A model generated the notes under the pieces. It had not been told where the DNA came from. It worked only from the letters and a program-made list of their open reading frames with translations, and did no database searches. The translations under genes were made by a program, and so were the position numbers. Shown here piece by piece: positions 20,401 to 30,993 of a stretch of DNA of 64,000 nt; the stretch's first letter is position 1; each line of letters begins with the position of its first letter. The stretch is from Squalus acanthias (Eukaryota). Where the stretch lies: contig JASTWF010000080.1 of the NCBI GenBank assembly GCA_030390025.1, forward strand, positions 62,001-126,000, given 5' to 3'.

Positions 20401-23400
20401 GGGGATCAGTGCTGGGAGATGGGCTGAGTGGAGAGTACAAGGGGTCAGTGCTGGGAGATGGGCTGAGTGGAGTGTCCCAGGGATCAGTGCTGGGAGCTGG
20501 GCTGAGTGGAGTGTCCCAAGGATCTGTGCTGGGAACTGGGCTGAGTGGAGTGTCCCAGGCGTCAGTGCTGGGAGATGGACTGAGTGGAGTGTCCCAGGGA
20601 TCAGTGCTGGGAGATGGGCTGAGTGGAGTGTCCCAGGGATCAGTGGTGGGAGATGGGCTGAGTGGAGTGTCCCAGGGAGCAGGGCTGGGAGATGGGTTGA
20701 GTGGAGTGTCCCAGGGGTCAGTGCTGGGAGATGGGCTGAGTGGAGTGTCCCAGGGATCAGTGCTGGGAGATCGGTTGATTGGAGTGTCCGAGGGATCAGT
20801 GCTGGGGCCTGAGTTGAGTGTCCCAGGGATCAGTGCTGGGAGATGGGCTGAGTGGAGTGTCCCAGCGGTCAGTGCTGCGAGATGGACTGAGTGGAGTGTC
20901 CCAGGGGTCAGTGCTGGGAGATGGATTGAGTGGAGTGTCCCAGGGATCAATGCTGGGGGCTGAGTGGAGTGTCCCAGGGGTCAGTGCTGGGAGATGGGCT
21001 GAGTGGAGTGTCCCAGGGATCAGTGCTGGGAGATGGGCTGAGTGGAGTGTCCCAGGGATCAGTGCTGGGAGATGGGCTGAGTGGAGTGTCCCGGGGGTCA
21101 GTGCTGGGAGATGGGCTGAGTGGAGTGTCCCAGGGATCAGTGCTGGGAGACGGGTTGAGTGGAGTGTCCCAGGGATCAGTGCTGGGAGATGGGCTGAGTG
21201 GAGTGTCCCAGGGATCAGTGCTGGGAGATGGGCTGAGTGGAGTGTCCCAGGGATCAGTGCTGGGAGATGGGCTGAGTGGAGTGTCTCAGGGATCAGTGCT
21301 GGGAGATGGGCTGAGTGTCGTGTCCCAGGGATCAGTGCTGGGTGATGGACTGAGTGGAGTGTCCCAGGGATCAATGCTGGGAGATGGGCTGAGTGGAGTG
21401 TCCCAGGGGTCAGTGCTGGGAGATGGGCTGAGTGGAGTGTCCCAGGGATCAGTGTTGGGAGATGGGCTGAGTAGAGTGTCCCAGGGATCAGTGCTGGGAG
21501 ATGGACTGAGTGGAGAGTCCCAGGGGTCAGTGCTGGGAGATGGGCTTAGTGGAGTGTCCCAGGGATCAGTGCTGGGAGATGGGCTGAGTGGAGTGTCCCA
21601 GGGATCAATGCTGGGAGATGGGCTGAGTGGAGTGTCCCAGGGATCAGTGCTGGGAGATGGGCTGAGTGGAGTGTCCCAGGGATCAGTGCTGGGAGATGGG
21701 CTGAGTGGAGTGTCCCAGGGATCAGTGCTGGGAGATGGGCTGAGTGGAGTGTCCCAGGGGTCAGTGCTGGGAGATGGGCTGAGTGGAGTGTCCCAGGGAT
21801 CAGTGCTGGGAGATGGGCTGAGTGGAGTGTCGCAGGGAGCAGGGCTGGGAACTGGGTTGAGTGGAGTGTCCCAGGGGTCAGTGCTGGGAGATGGGCTGAG
21901 TGGAGTGTCCCAGGGGTCAGTGCTGGGAGATGGTCTGAGTGGAGTGTCCCAGGGGTCAGTGCTGGGAGATGGACTGAGTGGAGTGTCCCAGGGGTCAGTG
22001 CTGGGAGATGGGCTGAGTGGATTGTCCCAGGGGTCAGTGCTGGGAGATGGGCTGAGTGGAGTGTCCCAGGGATCAGTGCTGGGAGATGGACTGAGTGGAG
22101 TGTCCCAGGGATCAGTGATGGGAGATGGACTGAGTGGAGTGTCCCAGGGATCAGTGCTGGGAGACGGGTTGAGTGGAGTGCCCCAGGGGTCAGTGCTGGG
22201 AGATGGGCTGAGTGGAGTGTCCCAGGGATCAGTGCTGGGTGATGGACTGAGTGGAGTGTCCCAGGGATCAGTGCTCGGAGCTGGGCTGAGTGGAGTGTCC
22301 CAGGAATCAGTGCTGGGAGATGGGCTAATGGAGTGTCCCAGGGATCAGTACTGGGAGATGGGCTGAGTGGAGTGTCGCAGGGGTCAGTGCTGGGAGATGG
22401 GCTGAGTGGAGTGTCCCAGGGATTAGTGCTGGGAGATGGGCTGAGTGGAGTGTCCCAGGGATCAGTGCTGGGAGATGAGCTGAGTGGAGTGTCCCGGGGA
22501 TCAGTGCTGGGAGATGGGCTGAGTGGAGTGTCCCAGGGATCAGGGCTGGGAGATGGACTGAGTGGAGTGTCCCAGGGGTCAGTGCTGGGGGCTGAGTGGA
22601 GTGTCCCAGGGATCAGTGCTCGGAGATGGACTGAGTGGAGTGTCCCAGGGGGTCAGTGCTGGGAGATGGACTGAGTGGAGTGTCCCAGGGATCAGTGATG
22701 GGAGATGGACTGAGTGGAGTGTCCCAGGGATCAGTGCTGGGAGATGGGTTGATTGGAGTGTCCCAGGGGTCAGTGCTGGGGCCTGAGTGGAATGTCCCAG
22801 GGAGCAGTGCTGGGAGATGGACTGAGTGGAGTGTCCCAGGGATCAGTGCTGGGAGATGGGCTGAGTGGAGTGTCCCAGCGGTCAGTGCTGGGAGATGGAC
22901 TGAGTGGAGTGTCCCAGGGATCAGTGCTGGGAGATGGGCTCAGTGGAGTGTCCCAGGGATCAGTGCTGGGAGATGGGCTGAGTGGAGTGTCCCAGGGATC
23001 AGTGCTGGGAGATGGACTGAGTGGAGTGTCCCAGGGATCAGTGCTGGGAGATGGGCTGAGTGGAGTGTCCCAAGGATCAGTGCTGGGAGATGGGCTGAGT
23101 GGAGTGTACAAGGGGTCAGTGCTGGGAGCTGGGCTGAGTGGAGTGTCCCAAGGATCTGTGCTGGGAACTGGGCTGAGTGGAGTGTCCCAGGCGTCAGTGC
23201 TGGGAGATGGACTGAGTGGAGTGTCCCAGGGATCAGTGCTGGGAGATGGGCTGAGTGGAGTGTCCCAGGGATCAGTGGTGGGAGATGGGCTGAGTGGAGT
23301 GTCCCAGGGATCAGTGCTGGTAGATGGGCTGAGTGGAGTGACCCAGGGAGCAGGGCTGGGAGATGGGTTGAGTGGAGTGTCCCAGGGGTCAGTGCTGGGA

Positions 23401-26400
23401 GATGGGCTGAGTGGAGTGTCCCAGGGATCAGTGCTGGGAGATCGGTTGATTGGAGTGTCCGAGGGATCAGTGCTGGGGCCTGAGTTGAGTGTCCCAGGGA
23501 TCAGTGCTGGGAGATGGGCTGAGTGGAGTGTCCCAGCGGTCAGTGCTGCGAGATGGACTGAGTGGAGTGTCCCAGGGGTCAGTGCTGGGAGATGGACTGA
23601 GTGGAGTGTCCCAGGGATCAGTGGTGGGACATGGACTGAGTGGAGTGTCCCAGGGGTCAGTGCTGGGAGATGGGCTGAGTGGAATGTCCCAGTGGTCATT
23701 GCTGGGAGATGGACTGAGTGGAGTGTCCCAGGGATCAGTGCTGGCAGATGGGCTGAGTGGAGTGTCCCAAGGATCAGTGCTGGCAGATGGGCTGAGTGGA
23801 GTGTCCCAGGGATCAGTGCTGGGAGATGGACTGAGTGGAGTGTCCCAGGGGTCAGTGCTGGGAGATGGGCTGAGTGGAGTGTCCCAGGGATCAGTGCTGG
23901 GAGATGGGCTGAGTGGAGCGCTAGACATTGACCAGTACACATGGTTAAAAGGTCATTGCTTCAGCAGGAACATCGACGCCTCCTCCCAACACGCATGCTC
24001 GTTAGTGTTACGATCTGTTGAATGCTCTCCGCACATTCTCCATCCATGAGTGAGTGCCTCTGTCCCTAATAGTCTTCACTGCCTTAACTCTCTGAGGTAT
24101 TTATCACAGAGAGTCCCATTCTCCTTTCACACTGCCTCCTGGATTGGCATTGCCCATTCTGCTCTACTGGAGAAGACCGATCTCACCCCCAGATATATGA
24201 ATATACACCGAGACACAAAAAGAAGCCAGGAATTGCCCAACAAGCTTCCCTTTCCTGGATGGTCTCAACCATCTCACCATATTCTCAACTTGCTCTATCG
24301 CAAACCTCTCCTGATCTTCGTCAATGTGGACAGAACTTTGTAAATATCTCGATCAGAACAGGGAGAAGGAACAGAATAACCGTCTGTGTGTCCCTGATTC
24401 TTGGTGGCCATACACTATACAGTCCAGTGTTAGAATGCAGTATAACTATGGCTGGGTACCTGTCCGGCACCCATTAAACAGGGCAGGCAGTGGGAGATTC
24501 TGCTGATCTTACCGGATGTCTGGTTTGTCCCCTTCATTATCGTATTCAGATTCTCCTTTGCCATGCCTGACCGTGTGTTCCCGAGAACTGTGAGAACATC
24601 CCAGCATTCCACATCGCAAGCGTCTGCCATGAACTGCTGCCTGGGGATCATCCGACGGATATCAGTGTCATGATAATTAAGTTGAACTCCCTTCACCATC
24701 GCAACATTAGTAACCTCGGGAAAGTCACTGATGCCAAAGATTGCTGTGTACATCACAGTAAGTGAGTTAGTGTCTGTAAAATAAACAATTAAAGGGACAG
24801 ATTAATAGTCATAGGGGTAAAAATTAGGTCGCGCCCCATTTGGGGCGCAAATATCGTCTGGACGCAAATATTAGCGCCTGGCGCTAATTATCGGCACTGA
24901 CTGGAAACTTCACTTTTAACGCCCCGGGAGGTGAGTGGAGCGCTAAATCAGGCGCTGCACACCTGTCTTAAGGCGCAAAGGCCGAGCAGTGAGGCGCTAA
25001 CTCAGAGCGCTGGCGAAGCTCATGTAATGTCAGTCAGCAATGGAACACACACACAATGGCACGGGCCAGTTCTTAAAGGGGATGGTTAATCTTGCTTTCC
25101 ATCCACATCCTGTTCATTGCAGCCTTGAATCTCGGCCTGGAGAGACTTGCACATCAAATGTGCTGGAAAGAACAATGGAGAGTACCAGGCAAAGAGCTCA
25201 GAGTGCAGCTCCCACAGTCTCTGCTAAATCGATACAAGGAATGGCAAATCAAAATGAACCTGCAAAGTGCTGCTCAGTACCCAAAACTCCTTCACACAAC
25301 GTTGAATCTGTCCAGAAGTCTCTCCCTCTCTCTCTCAGAATGCGTAGTTCAAAAATGCCACCAACAATAAAAGACAGGAAGAGGCCCCCTTTAAATAGCG
25401 CCCCCCCCAGCCCCACAGCGATTGATAGCGTTCCAGTCTTCTGGTCGTTGGATGCGCCAGGCGGTAAGGCAGGGGGCGCCACTCAATTTCCGCTCCGGGG
25501 CGCCACAAGGGCATTGCACCATGGAATGACGTCACAATCTGCGCGTGCAGGTGGTCGCAGCGGTAAGTTTTAGCGCCGCCGCACAATGTCAAGTTAAGTT
25601 CCCGAGCGGCGCAAACATCGCTGCGCCCGGGCGTTAGCGGCTTTGCGCCCCATTAGCGCCCTCTTAAGGCGCTAACGGGAGGCGCAACCAACTGAATTTT
25701 TACCCCAAGATCTCTAAGCTGGAACAGTAACCTGGGACACACCCGGTCTATCTCTAACCAAGGAACAGTAACCTGGGACACACCCGGTCTATCTCTATCC
25801 TGGAACAGTAACCTGGGACACACCCGGTCTATCTGTAACCAAGGATCAGTAACCTGGGACACACCCGGTCTATCTCTAACCTGGAACAGTAACCTGGGAC
25901 ACACCCGGTCTATCTCTAACCTGGAACAGTAACTTGGGACACACCCGGTCTATCTCTAACCTGGAACAGTAACCTGGGACACACCCGGTCTATCTCTAAC
26001 CTGGACCAGTAACTTGGGACACACCCGGTCTATCTCTAACCAGGAACAGTAACCTGGGACACACCCGGTCTATCTCTAACCAGGAACAGTAACCTGGGAC
26101 ACACCCGGTCTATCTCTAACCTGGAACAGTAACTTGGGACACACCCGGTCTATCTCTAACCAGGAACAGTAACCTGGGACACACCCGGTCTATCTCTAAC
26201 CTGGAACAGTAACCTGGGACACACCCGGTCTATCTCTAACCTGGAACAGTAACCTGGGACACACCCGGTCTATCTCTAACCTGGAACAGTAACCTGGGAC
26301 ACACCCGGTCTATCTCTAACCTGGAACAGTAACCTGGGACACACCCGGTCTATCTCTAACCTGGAACAGTAACCTGGGACACACCCGGTCTATCTCTAAC

Positions 26401-28803
26401 CTGGAACAGTAACCTGGGACACACCCGGTCTATCTCTAACCTGGAACAGTAACCTGGGACACACCCGGTCTATCTCTAACCAGGAACAGTAACCTGGGAC
26501 ACACCTGGTCTATCTCTAATCAGGAACAGTAACCTGGGACACACCCGGTCTATCTCTAACCAGGAACAGTAACCTGGGAAAAAACCCGGTCAATCTCTAA
26601 CCTGGAACATTGACCTGGGATAAATCCAACTCTATCGGAAACTTAACCAGGGGACATCTGGAGAGAGATATTGAGGAGATCCTTCTGACCAGAGAACATC
26701 TGGAGAGAGATATTGAGGAGACCTTTCTGACCAGGGAACATCTGGAGAGGAATTGTGGATAACCCGAGGGCAGGTCTGTTGTTTATCGTCATAACCAGGA
26801 AACATGTGGGAATAAAAATTCGATTGCCCCGGAAAACGGGTGCGGGGATCTCAACGCGCAATCAACCCACACCCGGTCAAAGTACTGCAGGAAGCACGCA
26901 AACTTCGTGCTGTCTGGTAAATATGATTGTAACGTGCAGCCAACGCTTAACATGCTGCTGAGAGGCTGCATGCCTCAGCAGGGGGCCCAAGTTCTTGCGA
27001 GGCTAGCACCACTTAAAGCTAGCCTGCACTACTTAAAGCCAGCCTGCACGTCTTAAAGGGGAGGTGCATTCTGGCTGCAGCAGGTACTGGAAGTCATTGT
27101 AGAGGTGTATGTGACCTACAGGTAGAATGAAGATGATGCAACATGGCAGAGAGGGCTCCCAGATTTTCTGATGCAGTACTCGAGGGCTCCCAGATTTTCT
27201 GATGCAGTACTCGAGGGCCTGGTGCAGCAGGTGGACAGGAGGAGAGATGTCGCTGAATCCACAGGGGACCAGGAGGCCCTCCAGACAAACTGTGAGAAGG
27301 CAATGGGAGCAGAAAGCCGTCGTGGTCAATGCCAGCAGGGCAAGAAGTTTAATGACCTCACGCCAGTGGTCACGGTCAGTGAATTCATCTTCAAATGCCA
27401 CATCCTTACAACTGAACCACTGCTCAATTCATCACCCGCCCCTCCTTCACTCTCACCTACCAACAAACTCCATCAATCACGATTCATACCTCACATTCAT
27501 AGCACCACCTCACCCTCACAAACTTAGCACTGCTGAACCCTCACACCCACAGCTCACACCTTGCACACACTGCCAGCTATTCAACCATGACAGCCACATC
27601 ACCCAAACACAAGGTGGATACAAACTACTGCACCCATGTCTGGGAGCAACTAATCTAAGCAGAAGCCTTGAAGTAAGCTGCCACACCAATCCCTGGAGAC
27701 GTCAGCAACTTCAAATAAGATAACAAACCACCAAACACTTCTACAAACTCACCAAGAGCCAGTAGAAATCAATCAGCACCTAACCTGAAAGCAGTTGATG
27801 GTCCCTTTAAATAGCGCTGGTGGGCGGTCCTCCCAGCATGTTCAGCTGTGTGTCTTTAAGAGAGGGCGTTAGCTGGAGTGTGGAGCTCAAAAATGGCAGC
27901 GCTGGTGTCAAATCACCATTACACACTGACTGACGTCACGATCTGCCTACCCTGCAAACTTCCGACGCACACTCCCAGCGCCCGCGCTAACAAACTACCC
28001 AAAATGGTGTCCGCGCGGCCCACACCAGAAGTGGGTGCGCGTGGCGCGGAATCCATTTTAGACACAAAACGCCACCCGTAGCACCAAAAAACCGAGCGCT
28101 ACCGAGTCGAATTTCGCGGCCGCGGTGAGAGAGAATTCAGAAATGAACAGAAGGGAAACAGTGATATTTGGGAAGATGAAGTGCGTTGCCATGGGGTGCG
28201 GTCACTCTAGGAACAGTCTGACTGTCGACCAGGGGTGATGGACAATCAGGGGCAGCAGCTCCACTGTGCTTCACAGATCCTGTAATGACCACTTTACACA
28301 TGGGCAGTAGGGGCCCAAAGGATGTTGGTGGTGGATTGTCTGAGATAACCTGGCCTATTCAACCACGAGGGCATCACAGCTGAGCCTGGCGTGGGTTAAA
28401 CATGGATTATCCTCCCCGCACAGTTCAGAACACTTTAGTCCAGGAGAGGTGAAGCTGTTTCCCGTCTCCCAAACAACGTGAACATTAAAATTGCCCATTT
28501 CAACCATTTTCCACTTGCTACAAGCCTCCCTGCTCTCTGTATTCCTGCGTGTTGCTGTCAGGAGGCCTGCACACAACTCCCACCGCAGGCTGACGGCCTG
28601 TGCTGGCTCCAATGGTGTGAAATATCAGGCAGGATGTAGAACCGGCGGCCGATCAAACATCACCCTTTTCAAACTCTCGCCAAAAGCTCAAAATCACCCA
28701 CACACAGAGAGAGAGAGAGAGTGAGAATGGAGGGATGAGTTCTGTACTTACCGGAAGAGATCCAGGAAAAACACAGGGATATGGAGAAAAGGATCAGCAA
28801 CAT
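8317..28803 (-). CDS. Nonclassical MHC class I heavy chain, gene 1 (multi-exon; the paralogous cytoplasmic exon is missing)
   Basis: Exons: leader 28752-28803, alpha1 24513-24773, alpha2 10726-11001, alpha3 10331-10609, TM 8317-8430. All have GT-AG boundaries, phase 1, and open frames. Confidence 0.88.
8770..10285 (+). mobile_element. Degenerate CR1 LINE in the alpha3-TM intron of gene 1
   Basis: NFKGM..NW..QW..FK; [16 protein letters not shown]...[11 protein letters not shown]...[19 protein letters not shown]...SKFADGTKLGG; CR1-type 3' end CCTGTTCCTATGTTCC. Confidence 0.85.
10331..10609 (-). CDS. MHC class I gene 1 alpha3 (IgC1) exon
   Basis: VQPEVFIS...[21 protein letters not shown]...PNHNGTHQ...[10 protein letters not shown]...W; 279 nt. 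Confidence 0.93.
10726..11001 (-). CDS. MHC class I gene 1 alpha2 exon
   Basis: GVHIFQW...[10 protein letters not shown]...W.A...TKEKWN...[12 protein letters not shown]; 276 nt. Confidence 0.92.
11055..11215. repeat. ~60-bp tandem repeat in intron 2 (also 41045-41265 and 62585-62865)
   Basis: AGAGTCACAGTCTGATCAGAGGGGAAAGGGACTGTAGAATCAGGGGGAAATGGGGGGTT units. Confidence 0.85.
11439..23918. repeat. 12.5-kb array of a 39-bp satellite (with 34-bp variants) in intron 2 of gene 1
   Basis: Consensus GAGTGGAGTGTCCCAGGGATCAGTGCTGGGAGATGGGCT, roughly 320 units. Confidence 0.97.
24513..24773 (-). CDS. MHC class I gene 1 alpha1 exon
   Basis: DTNSLTVMYTAIFGISDFPE...IPRQQFM...WD...NQTS with the conserved N86 glycan site; 261 nt. 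Confidence 0.9.
24814..25706. mobile_element. 893-bp non-autonomous TIR element in intron 1 of gene 1
   Basis: Ends GGGGTAAAAATT...AATTTTTACCCC; paralog at 44343-45235. Confidence 0.75.
25712..26750. repeat. 40-bp minisatellite followed by a short 42-bp repeat, intron 1 of gene 1
   Basis: CTGGAACAGTAACCTGGGACACACCCGGTCTATCTCTAAC tandem units. Confidence 0.95.
26809..28121 (+). mobile_element. Harbinger-derived non-autonomous element with a Myb/SANT-like gene remnant
   Basis: Imperfect TIRs (GG.....AAATTCGA); flanks GTG/GCG (perfect GTG TSD in the paralog); frameshifted RAPRFSDAVLEGLVQQV..RR / RRQW..V.VNA / KKFNDL. Confidence 0.7.
28752..28803 (-). CDS. MHC class I gene 1 leader exon
   Basis: MLLILFSISLCFSWISS + G|GTAAGT. 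Confidence 0.85.
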
Positions 28804-28869
28804 TCTGGGAATCCACTGCCCCTTTTCCAAATGGTGACTGGGAATAAAATACTCCCAGTGAGACACATC

Positions 28870-29065
28870 TACTGTTTATAGACTGAAAAATACCCCAAAT
28901 AAACATCAAGTCCATCCAGGCTCCACTTTCCTGTTTATCTCGAGGGTGACTGATTGGGTATTTTTCTTAGAGTAACCAATTAGAGGAATTAACAGTCACC
29001 TGTCACCAGTTACTGGGAGGATCAAACTCAGGCAGATTGAGAGTCAGCCTGTGAAACAGAAACTA
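28870..29065 (-). promoter_or_regulatory. MHC class I proximal promoter of gene 1 (ISRE, X1/X2, Y, CCAAT, TATA)
   Basis: Minus strand: AGTTTCTGTTTCA (29052-29064), CCCAGTAACTGGTGACAG (29000-29017), ATTGG (28976-28980), CCAAT (28953-28957), TATAAA (28875-28880). Confidence 0.75.
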
Positions 29066-29299
29066 GAGAGAGACTGAACCAGCCTGGGACACCAGCTCCA
29101 GTGTAAAGGGAGGAGACACTGAGATCCCGGGCTCCCCCCTCACAGTCAACACATTGACACTGGTCCCCCTCCCCTGGGGACCCTTAACACTGGCTCTGCT
29201 CCAGACTGGAGTAACACCACAACATCTTACAGTTATCGACCACATTTAATAGAGTGAACATCACACGGGACATCACAGAGCAACTCACCGAGCGGGAGA

Positions 29300-30993
29300 G
29301 AGTGAGGGGAGGAGACAAACTAACAGAGAGTGAGGGGAGGGGGTCAAACTAACAGAGTGAGGGGAGGGGTCAAACTAACAGGGAGTGAGGGGAGGGGGTC
29401 AAACTAACAGAGTGAGGGGAGGGGATCAAACTAACAGGGAGTGAGGGGAGGGGGTCAAACTAACAGAGAGTGAGGGGAGGGGATCAAACTAACAGAGAGT
29501 GAGGGGAGGGGATCAAACTAACAGAGAGTGAGGGGAGGGGGTCAAACTAACAGAGTGAGGGGAGGGGGTCAAACTAACAGAGTGAGGGAAGGGGGTCAAA
29601 CTAACAGAGAGTGAGGGGAGGGGGTCAAACTAACAGAGAGTGAGGGGAGGGGTCAAACTAACAGAGAGTGAGGGGAGGGGGTCAAACTAACGGAGAGTGA
29701 GGGGAGGGGGTCAAACTAACGGAGAGTGAGGGGAGGGGGTCAAACTAACAGAGTGAGGGGAGGGGTCAAACTAACAGGGAGTGAGGGGAGGGGATCAAAT
29801 TAACAGAGAGTGAGGGGGGGGTCAAACTAACAGAGTGAGGGGAGGGGTCAAACTAACAGGGAGTGAGGGGAGGGGGTCAAACTAACAGGGAGTGAGGGGA
29901 GGGGTCAAACTAACGGAGAGTGAGGGGAGGGGGTCAAACTAACAGGAAGTGAGGGGAGGGGTCAAACTAACAGGGAGTGAGGGGAGGGGGTCAAACTAAC
30001 AGGGAGTGAGGAGAGGGGGTCAATCTAACAGGGAGTGAGGGGAGGGGGTCAAACTAACAGAGAGTGAGGGGAGGGGGTCAAACTAACAGGGAGTGAGGGA
30101 AGGGGGTCAAACTAACAGAGAGTGAGGGGAGGGGTCAAACTAACAGAGAGTGAGGGGAGGGGTCAAACTAACAGGGAGTGAGGGGAGGGGGTCAAACTAA
30201 CGGAGAGTGAGGGGAGGGGGTCAAACTAACAGAGTGAGGGGAGGGGATCAAATTAACAGAGAGTGAGGGGAGGGGGTCAAACTAACAGGGAGTGAGGGGA
30301 GGGGTCAAACTAACGGAGAGTGAGGGGAGGGGGTCAAACTAACAGGAAGTGAGGGGAGGGGTCAAACTAACAGGGAGTGAGGGGAGGGGGTCAAACTAAC
30401 AGAGAGTGAGGAGAGGGGGTCAAACTAACAGGGAGTGAGGGGAGGGGGTCAAACTAACAGAGAGTGAGGGGAGGGGGTCAAACTAACAGGGAGTGAGGGG
30501 AGGGGGTCAAACTAACAGAGAGTGAGGGGGGGGTCAAACTAACGGAGAGTGAGGGGAGGGGATCAAACTAACAGGGAGTGAGGGGAGGGGATCAAACTAA
30601 CAGAGAGTGAGGGGAGGGGATCAAACTAACAGAGAGTGAGGGGGGGGATCAAACTAACAGGGAGTGAGGGGAGGGGATCAAACGAACAGAGAGTGAGGGA
30701 AGGGGGTCAAACTAACAGAGAGTGAGGGGAGGGGGTCAAACTAACAGGGAGTGAGGGGAGGGGGTCAAACTAACAGAGAGTGAGGGGGGGGGATCAAACT
30801 AACAGAGAGTGAGGGGAGGGGATCAAACTAACAGAGAGTGAGGGGAGGGGGTCAAACTAACAGGGAGTGAGGGAAGGGGGTCAAACTAACAGAGAGTGAG
30901 GGGAGGGGGTCAAACTAACAGGGAGTGAGGGGAGGGGGTCAAACTAACAGGGAGTGAGGGGAGGGGATCAAACTAACAGGGAGGGGAGGGGGT
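29300..30993. repeat. G-rich ~30-bp minisatellite (repeat A) upstream of gene 1
   Basis: GAGTGAGGGGAGGGGGTCAAACTAACAG units. Confidence 0.95.

Noticed and set aside
11387-24049. Many long ORFs (up to 680 aa) with GLSGVSQGSVLGD, WAEWSVPGISAGR or PSPSTDPWDTPLS repeats
   Set aside because: By-products of a stop-poor 39-bp unit (a multiple of 3) inside an intron; frames shift at each 34-bp variant.
25040-25573. 177-aa ORF conserved at 44569-45102 and partly at 5723-6130
   Set aside because: Lies inside a non-autonomous TIR element; identity reflects recent duplication, the independent copy is frameshifted, and no domain is recognisable.
25712-26640. Regular 39-40 bp repeats as a CRISPR array
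   Set aside because: No unique spacers, no cas genes, vertebrate context.
28804-28866. N-terminal extension of the leader (ORF 28669-28866)
   Set aside because: Begins at a non-ATG codon next to the TATA box; the ATG at 28803 gives a normal 17-aa signal peptide in both paralogs.
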